A program made the translations under genes and the position numbers. From contig JBCCEA010000007.1 of assembly GCA_039030515.1 (NCBI GenBank), forward strand, positions 1 to 64,000: 64,000 bases of DNA, in the 5' to 3' direction. Below are positions 28,158-37,030 of the stretch, one piece after another (positions within the stretch are counted from its first letter, which is position 1; every line of letters begins with the position of its first letter). Source of the DNA: Myxococcota bacterium (GTDB lineage Bacteria; Myxococcota_A; Polyangia; Polyangiales; Houyiibacteriaceae). The notes under the pieces are model-generated. The model was not told the DNA's origin. It saw only the letters and a list, made by a program, of their open reading frames with translations, and made no database searches.

Positions 28158-30818
28158 GTGAAAACACTCGAACGGCGATTGGGACTGCTTTCGGTGCTCG
28201 GCATCAGTATGGGTGCGATGCTCGGCAGTGGGCTCTTCGTACTTCCCGGGCTTGCGAGCGCGCTCACCGGACCCTCTATTTGGCTCGCGTATCTGGGCGC
28301 AGGGCTCATGGTACTGCCGGCTGCCCTTTCCAAGGCAGAGCTTGCGACCGCCATGCCGGTTGCTGGCGGCACGTACGTGTATATCGACCGGACCTTTGGT
28401 CCGCTGGCTGGAACGATCGCGGGTCTCGGTCTGTGGCTCTCTCTGCTGCTCAAAAGCGCCTTTGCTCTGGTCGGTTTTGGCGCCTACCTCCGGGCGATCG
28501 CCACCGACTACCTTCAGATACCGATTCCCTTGCGGGCGATGGCGCTGCTACTGCTCGGCTTGGTGGCGCTGCTCAATGCGGTGGGCGTGCGTAAGGTGGG
28601 CCGCGTGCAGTCGTGGATCGTGGCGGCGTCTGTTTTGGGGATGCTCACCCTGGCGCTCTTGGCGATGCCTAGTTTTAATCCAGCGCTTCTACACGACTCG
28701 TTCCCGAGGGGAGCGAACGGTTTTATCGGAGCGGTTGCCTTTGTCTATATTTCGTACGCCGGGGTGACAAAGGTGGCCGCGGTCGCGGAAGAGGTTCGAG
28801 ATCCGGGACGCAACCTTCCGCTCGGGATGCTGATCTCGTTGACTGTAGTTGGGGTGCTTTACGCGGTGGTGACACTCGTTCTCGTGGGGCACCTTCCGAT
28901 GCAGACCCTCGCCGGAGATCTGCGTCCCATCTATACGCTGGCGCTCTCTGTTGGAGGCTCCAAACTGGCGCTTTTGGCCGCGATATTGGCCGTTCTGACG
29001 ATGACCTCGATGGCGAATTCCGGACTTCTTGCCGCAAGTCGTTTTCCCTTCGCGATGGCGCGCGATCGTCTTTTGCCCTCTGGTCTTTGCGTGGTCCACG
29101 ATCGATTTCTTACGCCGGTTCGCTCCATTCTATTGACGGTGGGGATCATGGCGGTCGCGATATTGGCCCTCGATGTGGAAAAGATCGCGAAGCTTGCCGG
29201 GTCGTTTATGATCGCTGCGTTCAGCGCGGTGAGCCTGACCGTGATCGTGCTTCGCGAGAGCGATGTCCCCTGGTACAGGCCCTCTTATCGGAGTCCTCTC
29301 TACCCTTGGATGCAGCTTTTGGGTGTGCTGGGGGGCATCGTGCTTCTTTGGATGATGGGCGTGCTGGGTGCAGTTGCGCTTTTGGCGATGACCGCGTCTG
29401 GGGCCGTATTGTATCTCGCTTACGGGCGTCATCGGACCTCCCGCCGAGGAGTGTTCGGACAGCGCGGTCCGCGCCGGGAGCTCGTAGCGCAGCCGCCGCC
29501 ACTTCCCTATCTTGACGCCGCTTTACCCGGACAAGCTCAGGTCGTGGTCGCGCTGCTCGGAGAAGAGCGTTCGCCGGAGACCCTGGTCGAAGTAGGTGCG
29601 TCTCTCTCCGACGGTAGACGGGTAGAAGTTCTCCACCTCACTGACGCACCCGAGCAGATGGAACTCGATATGATGCTCGAAGACGATGTGGGGCTTACTT
29701 CGATTCGGCGACGTATTTCGGCAATGGCTCAAGTACGGCGCTTTGACCTGGATTTGCAGGCAGTGGTCACGCGTGATGTTGTGAAGACCATTTATGAGGT
29801 GACGAACCAAGTGCACTGTGATTGGTTGGTCATGGACTGGGCCGGAATCCGGCCTCGCGGAATCACCCCCTTCAACCCTTTGGGCTGGCTCGTCAACCAT
29901 CTGTCAGCAAATCTCGCGCTGCTCCGAGATGCGGGCGTGCGCTACACTCGGGAAATCCTCGCGCTGCCGAAACCCGGGCCTCACGATGCTTTGGTCGTCG
30001 ATACAGCCGAACACCTCGCGGGCGTTTTTGGCGCTCGGGTGACCCTTGTCGGATACGTTCCGGACGATGCCGATCCCATCCGGTTGCAGGCGACCGCCGA
30101 CTATCTTGAACAGCTCGGTCAGCTCTGTGGTTGTCCGGTCGGGCACAGGATTTTGCGAGGTAAGAGCGAGGTTAGTTCCGTGGTCGATGCGACCTCCGCC
30201 TTCGATCTCTTGGTGTTGGGTGCGCCGGCGAGCGCACGTCTCAGATTTCCGGCGGCACCCGAGGACGCCATTCTTCAAAGCGCTGCGTGCTCCGTGCTCC
30301 GAGTTCGGGCCCCGCGTGCCCATCAGAAGGAAGCGCGTTCGGTCGGGGCACGGAGCGGGATTCGTTTGATCGATTTTGTCGACGACGCCTTGCTTGCCAC
30401 GCGCATCGAGGTTCAAACAAAGGCGGAGCTTTTTTCGCGCATTGCGAAGCGTATGGCTCAAGTTCTCGATGCATCCGAGGTGGATGCGCTGGAAGAAGCG
30501 CTCTGGGAGCGGGAGCGAAGCCAGAATACCTCGGTGGGACACGGAGTTGCGCTGCCCCATGCGACGCTTCCCGCCGCGAGGCGTGACTACTTGGGCGTTT
30601 TTTCCTTGGGGACCCCGGTCGACTACGACGCATCGGATGGGGGCGCCGTCGATGTGCTTTTCGTGACTGTGGGGCCGCCGAGCGAACGAAATACCCATCT
30701 GAAGATCTTGGCCGACGTAGCTCGTTTGGTCCTCTCGTCCGACATCATCGATGAACTACGTCAGGCCACCCACTCGGAGCAGATTCGAGACACGCTCGCG
30801 CGCCACGGCAGTGTCTGA
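28158..30818 (+). CDS. APC-family amino acid permease fused to USP-like domains and a PTS EIIA (Ntr/Fru-type) domain
   Basis: GAMLGSGLF, AGGTY, AEEVRDPGRNLP and about 12 TM helices, then two USP-like alpha/beta domains (DLLVLGA, ACSVL) and a C-terminal ERE...GHGVALPHA EIIA motif. Confidence 0.9.
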   Translation: MKTLERRLGLLSVLGISMGAMLGSGLFVLPGLASALTGPSIWLAYLGAGLMVLPAALSKAELATAMPVAGGTYVYIDRTFGPLAGTIAGLGLWLSLLLKSAFALVGFGAYLRAIATDYLQIPIPLRAMALLLLGLVALLNAVGVRKVGRVQSWIVAASVLGMLTLALLAMPSFNPALLHDSFPRGANGFIGAVAFVYISYAGVTKVAAVAEEVRDPGRNLPLGMLISLTVVGVLYAVVTLVLVGHLPMQTLAGDLRPIYTLALSVGGSKLALLAAILAVLTMTSMANSGLLAASRFPFAMARDRLLPSGLCVVHDRFLTPVRSILLTVGIMAVAILALDVEKIAKLAGSFMIAAFSAVSLTVIVLRESDVPWYRPSYRSPLYPWMQLLGVLGGIVLLWMMGVLGAVALLAMTASGAVLYLAYGRHRTSRRGVFGQRGPRRELVAQPPPLPYLDAALPGQAQVVVALLGEERSPETLVEVGASLSDGRRVEVLHLTDAPEQMELDMMLEDDVGLTSIRRRISAMAQVRRFDLDLQAVVTRDVVKTIYEVTNQVHCDWLVMDWAGIRPRGITPFNPLGWLVNHLSANLALLRDAGVRYTREILALPKPGPHDALVVDTAEHLAGVFGARVTLVGYVPDDADPIRLQATADYLEQLGQLCGCPVGHRILRGKSEVSSVVDATSAFDLLVLGAPASARLRFPAAPEDAILQSAACSVLRVRAPRAHQKEARSVGARSGIRLIDFVDDALLATRIEVQTKAELFSRIAKRMAQVLDASEVDALEEALWERERSQNTSVGHGVALPHATLPAARRDYLGVFSLGTPVDYDASDGGAVDVLFVTVGPPSERNTHLKILADVARLVLSSDIIDELRQATHSEQIRDTLARHGSV

Positions 30819-30874
30819 TCCTGGTGACGGCACCTGAAGAGAGGACGATCGGCCGAAGCCAGCTGTCTTGTATC

Positions 30875-31963
30875 TTATCGGCGCAAGACCCTCAGTGTTC
30901 GGGTCACTTCGAAGACCTTACTCTTGATCTTGTCGGTTTTTTCTTTTTTCAATTCCTCTGCGAAGAGGTCGAGTCCTTCATCGAGTACCTGATCAGGACG
31001 GGTGTTTTTCAAACCCACAAGCCGCATGGTCACGTCGCCTAAATGCGGCCCTACCTCTCGCGTTTCGATGACCTTGGTCGCCGCATAAAGCGTGTCCCCA
31101 GCGACGACTCCGCTGGGATGTGCTCCCCTGTCGAAGCCCAAATCCCATACCGCGTTGCCTGCGACATCCCTGCTGGCAAGGCTGGCAACCAGCCCGAATA
31201 CCAGTCCACCGTATACGACGCGGGTTCCCGCGAACGATTTGCCTTCCTTGCAGTAGCTCTCGTCGAAGTGAATGGGATGGCTGTTGCGTAAGAGTAGCGT
31301 GAGCTGCATGTGCTCGGAGTCGCTTACCGTTTTGCCGTTGTAGTGGCAGTACGTGTCTCCGGCAGTGAAGTCCTCAAAATAGCCTGCAAAGCCGACGCGG
31401 CGTTCTGGTCTCGTGCTCAATGCGGAGACCTGCTCTGGCAGCTGTGGTGCTTCTGCGATGTTCTGAACCAACTCAAAAGGGCAGTCAGGGCGCTGTTCGA
31501 GCGGACCTCCACAGCGCACGAGCGCTTTGCGTTCGAAGATACACACCGGCTTGCCGTGTTGATTCTCGACCACGGTTCGCACGTGAACTACCCCTTTATC
31601 ACCACTGGAAGCAGTCTTCTTTCCGAGTACCTCGCTTGAAGCGATCAGCGTATCTCCTGCATAGGCGGGATAAGGAAACCGGACGTCCAGGTAGGCTAGA
31701 TGAGCGATCGCTTGCTCGCTCACATCGTGTACCGAGAACGACAGCCCAAGGTTCATCAGCACGAGAGGCGGCACGGGTCGATCTCGAAATCCCAGCGCCT
31801 GAGCAAAGGTAGAAGAGGCGTAGGTCGGCGTCGCGTCGAGAAACGAACCCTGAAAGAGTGCGAGGAAGCCACTGTCCACGGTGACTTCCCAGGGATGCGG
31901 GTAGGTTGAGCCCACTTCAAAATCTTCTAGCAGGCGTCCGTAGCGGGGCGTAACTCGAGTCAT
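30875..31963 (-). CDS. mch: Double hot-dog (MaoC) hydratase, mesaconyl-CoA hydratase-like
   Basis: Two MaoC repeats (GRLLEDFEVG, GYFEDFTAG), DVSEQAIAHLAY, HPIHFD. Adjacent to mcd and ecm. Confidence 0.75.
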   Translation of the reverse strand: MTRVTPRYGRLLEDFEVGSTYPHPWEVTVDSGFLALFQGSFLDATPTYASSTFAQALGFRDRPVPPLVLMNLGLSFSVHDVSEQAIAHLAYLDVRFPYPAYAGDTLIASSEVLGKKTASSGDKGVVHVRTVVENQHGKPVCIFERKALVRCGGPLEQRPDCPFELVQNIAEAPQLPEQVSALSTRPERRVGFAGYFEDFTAGDTYCHYNGKTVSDSEHMQLTLLLRNSHPIHFDESYCKEGKSFAGTRVVYGGLVFGLVASLASRDVAGNAVWDLGFDRGAHPSGVVAGDTLYAATKVIETREVGPHLGDVTMRLVGLKNTRPDQVLDEGLDLFAEELKKEKTDKIKSKVFEVTRTLRVLRR

Positions 31964-32014
31964 TTCTTCGTCTCCTAGGGAGGTTGATGTCTGGCGCTTC
32001 GCTCGGATTGAGCT

Positions 32015-33655
32015 CTACGGCTCGAGCAGTCTTCGAGCGACGACGTGCGCCTGAATTTCGTTCGCTCCTTCAAAGATCGACAGCACTCGGGCGTCTACCA
32101 GCAGTCTCGACGCCAGATACTCTTCCGCGTAGCCGTTGCCGCCGTGTATTTGCACATTTGCATCAGCACACTCCCAGGCTGCTCTGGTAGCGAGGAGCTT
32201 CGCCATTCCTGCCTCGAGATCACAGCGTTTCTCTTGGTCTTTCTGTCTCGCCGAGAAATAGGTCAGCTGCCTTGCTGCGTGGGTTCTTTTGACCATTCCG
32301 GCAATTTTGTTTGCGACCCGAGGAAACTCCAAAATCGGACGGCCGAACTGGGTTCGTTCATTTGCATACCGAATGGCATCTACAAGAGCAGCCTGCGCCA
32401 GACCGACGCCTCGGGCCGCGGTTTGGATGCGCGCGCTTTCAAATGTGCGCATCAACTGCTTGAAACCAGCGCCTTCCTCGCCTCCGAGCAGAGCAGACTG
32501 CGGCACTTGAAAATCATCGAAGGAAAGCTCGTATTCTTTCATCCCTCGATACCCTAGGACTTTGATTTCAGTGCCGCTGAGGCCTGGGTCTACAAACTCA
32601 GGTTCGCCTGGTTCACCAGTCCCGCGCGTTTTTTCCGCAAGGAGCATGGAGAGACCTCCGTAGCCACGATCCTCCGGATCGGTTCGTGCCATCAGCGTCA
32701 TCAGATCCGCACGGACTCCGTGGGTGATCCAGGTTTTCTGTCCGAAGATTCGGTAGGTGCCATCTGGACTTTTTTCTGCTCTTGTGACGATATGCGCCAG
32801 GTCTGAACCGAAGTTGGGTTCAGTAAATACCGCTGTAGGCAACACTTTGCCGGTGGCGATCGCTGGAAGCCAGTGCGACTTTTGCTCGGCGGTTCCTCCG
32901 CCTAAGATCAGCTCCGCTGCGATTTCTGCTCGCGTGCCGAGGGATCCGACGCCGATGTAGCCACGAGAAAGTTCCTCGGTGACGACACACATGGCGACTT
33001 TGCCAAGGCCCAATCCCTCATACTCTTCTGGAATCGTGAGTCCGAACACACCCAGCTCGCTCATCTGGTCCAGGAGACCGAGCGGGATAAGGACGTCTTT
33101 GCGGTGAATCTCCTGAGCGATGGGGACCACTTCCCGGTCGACGAAGGTCGCAAACTGAGCGCGGATCTCTTCGAGTGTTTCGTCTTGAAGTCCGAAGCTC
33201 CCGGTAGCCTCTTCGTGAACTCTCTTGGCGATGGTGAGATTTGCCTCCGTACCGCCGAATTCCTTGATGAACAAAAGGGTGTCGTTCGAAAGCAGGGTGT
33301 CCTCTAGATCGCGCTGTCCGAGCTCAAGATCCTCAAGCGAGACATGTTCGCACGCGCCGATGTCGACTCCGCTGCGGAGCTTTCGCGCCACTTCGGCAAT
33401 GTAGGAGCGTGCGACCAGTGTTTCAAAAGGATCCTCTGCCTGGCCTGCCCAGTGGCTCATCTGCCTGCAGCTCTCTAGTTCTGTCGCCAGATAGCTGAGC
33501 GCATGTGCGGGTGCCTGCAGTTCATTGAGCGCTTTGCCGCTCACGGTCGGACGATCCGAATTTTTGGACGAGTCGCCCGCTATTAGAACACGTGCACGGA
33601 GCTTGTCTCGCGCTCGCTGGTACAGGGTTTCAATGGCTTCAACAACGGGCTGCAT
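32015..33655 (-). CDS. mcd: (2S)-methylsuccinyl-CoA dehydrogenase
   Basis: Acyl-CoA dehydrogenase with an N-terminal extension and EELSRGYIGVGSLGTR, PTAVFTEPN, VLGYRGMKEY, FESARIQTAAR, IFEGA. Divergent from ecm. Confidence 0.88.
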   Translation of the reverse strand: MQPVVEAIETLYQRARDKLRARVLIAGDSSKNSDRPTVSGKALNELQAPAHALSYLATELESCRQMSHWAGQAEDPFETLVARSYIAEVARKLRSGVDIGACEHVSLEDLELGQRDLEDTLLSNDTLLFIKEFGGTEANLTIAKRVHEEATGSFGLQDETLEEIRAQFATFVDREVVPIAQEIHRKDVLIPLGLLDQMSELGVFGLTIPEEYEGLGLGKVAMCVVTEELSRGYIGVGSLGTRAEIAAELILGGGTAEQKSHWLPAIATGKVLPTAVFTEPNFGSDLAHIVTRAEKSPDGTYRIFGQKTWITHGVRADLMTLMARTDPEDRGYGGLSMLLAEKTRGTGEPGEPEFVDPGLSGTEIKVLGYRGMKEYELSFDDFQVPQSALLGGEEGAGFKQLMRTFESARIQTAARGVGLAQAALVDAIRYANERTQFGRPILEFPRVANKIAGMVKRTHAARQLTYFSARQKDQEKRCDLEAGMAKLLATRAAWECADANVQIHGGNGYAEEYLASRLLVDARVLSIFEGANEIQAHVVARRLLEP

Positions 33656-33942
33656 TGGGGTTCTCACTATCGGGTTGACGTCTCGGCCGGATTCGCATGT
33701 CGGTGAGGCGCGCACTTAGAGCGCATTATAAAGACGCGATTTGGGTCTGTGGCAAGAGCAACTGTGGGGTCAGACCGGTCGAGGTGCCAGCTTTCGGATC
33801 GCGGGCGCCAATCTGATGCGTTCAATTAATTCGGCTCGCCTGGGGCGATCGGTAGGCCTTGGTGATCGACGCCCCGAGGAGGGCGTGACTCGTTGTCCCG
33901 CTGTGCTTGGCGAGAACAGGGCTTCTGAGGTACATCGGGTTC

Positions 33943-35949
33943 ATGACACACCGTGCGCAGGAAACTCGGGATCGACCCTGGATCATGAGAACCTATGCGG
34001 GTCACAGCACCGCCAGAGCATCCAACGCACTTTACCGCACCAACCTCGAAAAAGGGCAGACGGGACTTAGCGTGGCCTTCGATTTGCCAACGCAGACGGG
34101 ATACGATCCCGATCATCCGCTTGCCCGAGGAGAGGTCGGCAAGGTCGGCGTTCCGATAACGCACCTCGGTGATATGCGTGCGCTCTTCGACTCCATCCCG
34201 CTCGAAGAGATGAATACTTCGATGACCATCAACGCGACTGCGCCATGGCTCCTCGCGATGTACATCGCGTTGGCGGAGGAGCGCGGCGTCGACCCGCGGA
34301 CGCTGCGGGGAACCACTCAGAACGACATCGTCAAGGAGTACCTATCGCGAGGGACGTATATCTTTCCCCCGCAGCATTCCATGCGGCTCATCACCGATGT
34401 GGTGATCTACACCGTGGAACACGTGCCTCGCTGGAACCCCATCAATATCTGTAGCTATCACCTGCAAGAAGCGGGTGCGACGCCTACTCAGGAACTCGCT
34501 TACGCTTTGGTGACCGCGATCGGGGTGCTCGATGCGGTGCAGGCGACCGGGCAGATCTCTGAGCCACGCTTTGAGCAGGTGTTCGGGCGCCTTTCTTTTT
34601 TTGTCAATGCCGGCATTCGCTTTGTGGAAGAGCTTTGCAAAATGCGGGCGTTCGTGGAGCTTTGGTCCCGCGTCGCCGAGCAGCGTTACGGTGTGAAAGA
34701 AGAGAAGTTCCGCAGGTTTCGTTACGGGATTCAGGTGAACTCGCTCGGACTTACCGAGCAGCAGCCAGAAAACAATATCATCCGCATCGTGCTCGAGATG
34801 CTTGCGGTGACCCTGAGCAAGGATGCCCGGGCTCGGGCAATTCAATTGCCGGCATGGAACGAAGCTCTGGGCCTGCCGAGATCCTGGGATCAGCAGTGGT
34901 CCCTTCGCGCCCAGCAGATCCTCGCGTTTGAAACCGATTTGCTCGAGTACGGAGACCTGTTTCGTGGAAGTCATGTCGTCGAAGCAAAGACCCAAGCGCT
35001 GGTGGACTCCGCTTGGGAGGAGGTAGTGCACGTACTCGACCAGGGCGGGGCCATCGAGGCAGTGGAGTCGGGGTACGTCAAGCAGCGACTGGTCGAGTCC
35101 AACGCCGTGCGGCTTCAGGCGATCGAGTCCGGGGCTCAGACGGTAGTCGGCGTCAACGCGTACACGACGTCGGAGCAGAGCCCCCTCACGGCGGATCTGA
35201 GCAGGGCGTTTCTCAGCGTGGATCCGGAAGTAGAGCGCGCTCAGATTCAGTCGGTCAACGATTGGAAAACAAAGCGCGATGCAGCGGCCGTTCGTGAAGC
35301 GCTCGGGGGGTTGAGACATGCGGCGGAGTCGGGTGAGAACATCATGCCGGCGTCTATTCAGGCGGCCCACGCGGGGGTGACCACCGGAGAGTGGGCGTTT
35401 GCTTTGCGTGAGGTGTTTGGTGAGTATCGAGCGCCGACCGGGGTGGGTAGCGCTCATGTCGCCTCGCGCGGCGCGGTGGAAGATTCCCTTCACCGGTTGC
35501 GGCGGCGGCTTGATGACGTCGAGCATCGGATCGGACGAAGACCCAAGATGCTGGTCGGAAAACCTGGCCTGGACGGTCACAGCAACGGTGCAGAACAGAT
35601 CGCGCTTCTCGCTAGAGATGTTGGATTCGAGGTCGTGTACGAGGGCATTCGAGTGACTCCAGAGCAGATCGCGGCGAGTGCGGTGGAGGAGGGCGTGCAT
35701 CTGGTGGGGCTTTCCATCCTCTCCGGTGGCCATCTTGCCGTGGTTCCTGAGATTCTCCGTCTCCTTCGCGAGGCAGGACGTCCTGACCTTCCGGTGGTGG
35801 TCGGCGGTATCATTCCCGATCGCGATGCTGCTCGGCTGCGCGAGGCTGGGGTGGCCGCGGTGTACACGCCTAAAGACTTCGCTCTTTCGTCCATCATGGA
35901 AGCCCTGGTCTCGCTGGTAGATGAAGGGCAGCAGCACAGCGCATCGTGA
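33943..35949 (+). CDS. ecm: Ethylmalonyl-CoA mutase (MeaA/Ecm), B12-dependent
   Basis: RPWIMRTYAGHS and QVNSLGLTEQQPENN are Ecm-type signatures rather than the methylmalonyl-CoA mutase RQYAGF/QTSG. B12 motif GLDGHSNG. Confidence 0.93.
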   Translation: MTHRAQETRDRPWIMRTYAGHSTARASNALYRTNLEKGQTGLSVAFDLPTQTGYDPDHPLARGEVGKVGVPITHLGDMRALFDSIPLEEMNTSMTINATAPWLLAMYIALAEERGVDPRTLRGTTQNDIVKEYLSRGTYIFPPQHSMRLITDVVIYTVEHVPRWNPINICSYHLQEAGATPTQELAYALVTAIGVLDAVQATGQISEPRFEQVFGRLSFFVNAGIRFVEELCKMRAFVELWSRVAEQRYGVKEEKFRRFRYGIQVNSLGLTEQQPENNIIRIVLEMLAVTLSKDARARAIQLPAWNEALGLPRSWDQQWSLRAQQILAFETDLLEYGDLFRGSHVVEAKTQALVDSAWEEVVHVLDQGGAIEAVESGYVKQRLVESNAVRLQAIESGAQTVVGVNAYTTSEQSPLTADLSRAFLSVDPEVERAQIQSVNDWKTKRDAAAVREALGGLRHAAESGENIMPASIQAAHAGVTTGEWAFALREVFGEYRAPTGVGSAHVASRGAVEDSLHRLRRRLDDVEHRIGRRPKMLVGKPGLDGHSNGAEQIALLARDVGFEVVYEGIRVTPEQIAASAVEEGVHLVGLSILSGGHLAVVPEILRLLREAGRPDLPVVVGGIIPDRDAARLREAGVAAVYTPKDFALSSIMEALVSLVDEGQQHSAS

Positions 35950-36968
35950 CGAGAGATCTCAAACACGTCCTCGCCGGTCTCCGAGCCCGTGATAAGGCCT
36001 CGGTCGCTCAGGTTCTCAACTGGGTCGAGGACCGACGGTTTGCGGCGCAGTCGCGTGTACAGGAGCTACTCGATCGTCTTTGTCGAGAGCACGGCGATGG
36101 GGCAGAAGATGAAGGACTCCGGATCGGTCTCACGGGACCTCCAGGCGTGGGCAAGAGCTCTCTTGTGGCACGCCTCGGCTGCGCTTATCGACAAGCCGGT
36201 CGATCGGTGGCGGTGGTCGCGATCGATCCCACCAGTGTCGTTTCTGGCGGGGCGCTTTTGGGTGATCGCGCTCGCATGGAGTTTGATCCGCGCGATCGAG
36301 ACTGCTTTATGCGCTCACTGAGCACGCGCGGTCACGCTGGAGGGCTATCCTATGCGGTTCACAGCGCGGTGCAGATCTTGGCCTCGGCTTTTGACGTCGT
36401 TTTGGTGGAAACGACAGGAGTGGGCCAAAACGAGACCGACATCATTCACATCGCCGACACCGTAGTGCTGGTGGTCCAGCCGGGCGGCGGCGACACGCTG
36501 CAGTTCCTCAAGGCGGGAGTGATGGAGATTCCGGATCTCTTCGTGGTCAATAAGGCCGATGAGACCAAGCTCGCGCAACGTGCACTCAGCGATCTCAAAT
36601 CCGCGCTGCACACTTTGGCGGCGGTAGGCTCCTTCTCAGGGGCGCCGCCTCAGGCGATCTCGACCAGTGCGCGCCATGGAGACGGGATTGAGGACTTGAT
36701 GAACGCGATCTCCGCTCATCGTGAAGGTCTCGGCGACAAAGGGCGAAGCCACCGTCGTCAGCAAGGGGACCTTGCGTGGTCTTTTTCCCTCTTCTTGAGA
36801 GATTTCGGGGTTTTTGGGATGAATCAGCTCGGTGGTCAGGAGGTGGTCAAGCGACTCCTGCATGAGGGGCTTGTTCGTGGTTCGTCCCCGCCGGCGGTTG
36901 TAGATACGCTCGGCTCCGCCTTGCTTCGAGCGATTCGAGACCCTGACTTCCAGCGCCACCGCGTATGA
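35946..36968 (+). CDS. meaB: Mutase-associated GTPase chaperone MeaB
   Basis: GLTGPPGVGKS, IDPTS..SGGALLGDR, VETTGVGQ, GDTLQFLKAG, VNKAD. GTGA overlap with ecm. Confidence 0.93.
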   Translation: MTRDLKHVLAGLRARDKASVAQVLNWVEDRRFAAQSRVQELLDRLCREHGDGAEDEGLRIGLTGPPGVGKSSLVARLGCAYRQAGRSVAVVAIDPTSVVSGGALLGDRARMEFDPRDRDCFMRSLSTRGHAGGLSYAVHSAVQILASAFDVVLVETTGVGQNETDIIHIADTVVLVVQPGGGDTLQFLKAGVMEIPDLFVVNKADETKLAQRALSDLKSALHTLAAVGSFSGAPPQAISTSARHGDGIEDLMNAISAHREGLGDKGRSHRRQQGDLAWSFSLFLRDFGVFGMNQLGGQEVVKRLLHEGLVRGSSPPAVVDTLGSALLRAIRDPDFQRHRV

Positions 36969-37016
36969 AATGCCAGCGCTACCGCGTATGAAATGCCAGC
37001 GCTACCGTGTATGAAG
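36950..37016. repeat. 23-bp tandem repeat (three copies) spanning the meaB stop codon
   Basis: CCAGCGC(C/T)ACCG(C/T)GTATGAA at 36950, 36973 and 36996. Confidence 0.9.
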
Positions 37017-37030
37017 TCCGCCGACCGAAT

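Noticed and set aside
34342..35937. 531-aa antisense ORF, and similar ones at 4165-4914, 29904-30698, 42596-43519 and 51162-51917
   Set aside because: These are shadow ORFs of well-supported genes in GC-rich DNA.
33943..35949. Methylmalonyl-CoA mutase annotation
   Set aside because: The signature residues and neighbouring genes fit ethylmalonyl-CoA mutase.
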